NCBI GenBank assembly: GCA_017305595.1
Contig: JAFKKL010000010.1
Coordinates: 185-64,184 of the forward strand
Direction: 5' to 3'
Source: Hyphomicrobiales bacterium
GTDB taxonomy: Bacteria; Pseudomonadota; Alphaproteobacteria; Rhizobiales; Xanthobacteraceae
Length of the DNA stretch: 64,000 bases
Shown here in pieces: positions 63,310-64,000 of the stretch. A program made the position numbers and the translations under genes. The notes under the pieces were generated by a model. The model was not told the origin of the DNA. It was given only the letters and a program-made list of their open reading frames with translations, and did not search any database. Position 1 is the first letter of the stretch, and each line of letters starts with the position of its first letter.

Positions 63310-64000
63310 GCGAAATAGCGGTCCAGAATGCCGCGATAGATTCGCGTCAGCTTCTCAAGGTCGCTGACCGGGGTGCGTTCGTCGATCTGATGCATGGTCT
63401 GGCCGACGAGCCCGAACTCGATCACCGGGCAGTAGTGCGTGATGAAGCGCGCATCCGATGTGCCGCCGCCGGTGTTGAGATCGGGCTTGCGGCCAGTGAC
63501 GTCATTGATCGCAGCGACGACGAGGTCGGTGAACGGTCCCGGCTGCGTGATGAAGGCATCGGCGTTGGACGGCTCCCACTCGATTCGCGCGCGGATGCGG
63601 TTGCCGCAGGCTGTGGTCATCCGCGTCTCGACCAGTTCACGTAGTGAGGCCTGCGTGTGATGGTCGTTGTAGCGGATGTTGAATTTGGCCGAAGCCCGCG
63701 CGGGGATCACGTTGCTGGCGGGATTGCCGACGTCGACCGAGGTGAACTCGAGGTTCGACGCCTGAAAGTGCGTGCTGCCGTGGTCCAGCGGCTCACTGTC
63801 GAGCGCGGTGATCAGCACGGCGATATCCGGGATCGGATTGGTCGCGCGATGCGGGTAGGCGACGTGACCCTGCACGCCATCAACGATCAGGGTGCCGGAC
63901 TGCGAGCCACGGCGGCCGACCTTGATGCAGTCGCCCATCTCCTCGACATTGCTTGGCTCTCCGAGCACGCAATGATTGAACTTCTCGCCACGTTCGTCGA
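63306..64000 (-). CDS. dapE: Succinyl-diaminopimelate desuccinylase, N-terminal part outside the window
   Basis: [49 protein letters not shown], and [12 protein letters not shown] are M20/DapE motifs. The ORF stays open to the window edge. Confidence 0.9.
   Translation of the reverse strand, partial: DERGEKFNHCVLGEPSNVEEMGDCIKVGRRGSQSGTLIVDGVQGHVAYPHRATNPIPDIAVLITALDSEPLDHGSTHFQASNLEFTSVDVGNPASNVIPARASAKFNIRYNDHHTQASLRELVETRMTTACGNRIRARIEWEPSNADAFITQPGPFTDLVVAAINDVTGRKPDLNTGGGTSDARFITHYCPVIEFGLVGQTMHQIDERTPVSDLEKLTRIYRGILDRYFA

Noticed and set aside
1-64000. CRISPR arrays, cas genes, restriction-modification, toxin-antitoxin or other defence systems, IS elements, integrases, prophage genes
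   Set aside because: There are no regularly spaced direct repeats with unique spacers. No transposase, integrase or phage-like ORFs were recognised. The only repeats are the three REP-like palindromes and a 30-bp coding duplication. The thermonuclease, HIT, NudC and helicase genes sit in ordinary housekeeping contexts.

Overview
High-GC (roughly mid-60s % by eye) alphaproteobacterial chromosome segment. The gene order and a repeat family that translates to ..PGL.PGIH../..MDARVKPAHD.. look Bradyrhizobiaceae/Nitrobacteraceae-like, but this is an impression, not a search result. The window is densely coding: about 62 protein genes, one tRNA-Arg(CCT), the SRP (4.5S) RNA, three copies of a composite REP-like palindromic repeat, and several hairpin terminators and operator-like palindromes. 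Housekeeping blocks are clear: rpmB; Suv3-like helicase - S4/Hsp15-like - fdxA - carD; ffs - dnaX - ybaB - recR; ampG; rmuC; def - fmt - truA; dapE; metY; ohr/ohrR. The rest is catabolic or transport loci: a GntR-controlled HAAT-type ABC importer followed by a 3-hydroxyacid dehydrogenase and a BKACE enzyme; an acyl-CoA cluster with an ADP-forming CoA ligase, two enoyl-CoA hydratases, a paired acyl-CoA dehydrogenase and an SDR; and a creatininase-family protein with an NMT1-type ABC importer and a 2-hydroxyacid dehydrogenase. I found no transposase, integrase, phage gene, CRISPR array or recognisable defence or toxin-antitoxin system. The best candidate for an undescribed system is a visibly lower-GC two-gene module at 39.6-41.9 kb. 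It pairs an ATP-grasp ligase with a FolC/Mur-ligase-fold protein, a split cyanophycin-synthetase-like logic, and sits divergent from a membrane-anchored FMN glutamate-synthase-domain protein. Other points worth a second look: a LivM-LivG-LivF triple fusion, a CarD/CdnL homologue with a histone-H1-like N-terminal tail, an OprB porin with an extra N-terminal barrel module and a broken reading frame, and a palindrome shared by the ohr/ohrR intergenic region and the porin leader. All family calls come from motif recognition by eye. Start sites were refined by arithmetic on the supplied ORF track and remain uncertain where noted.
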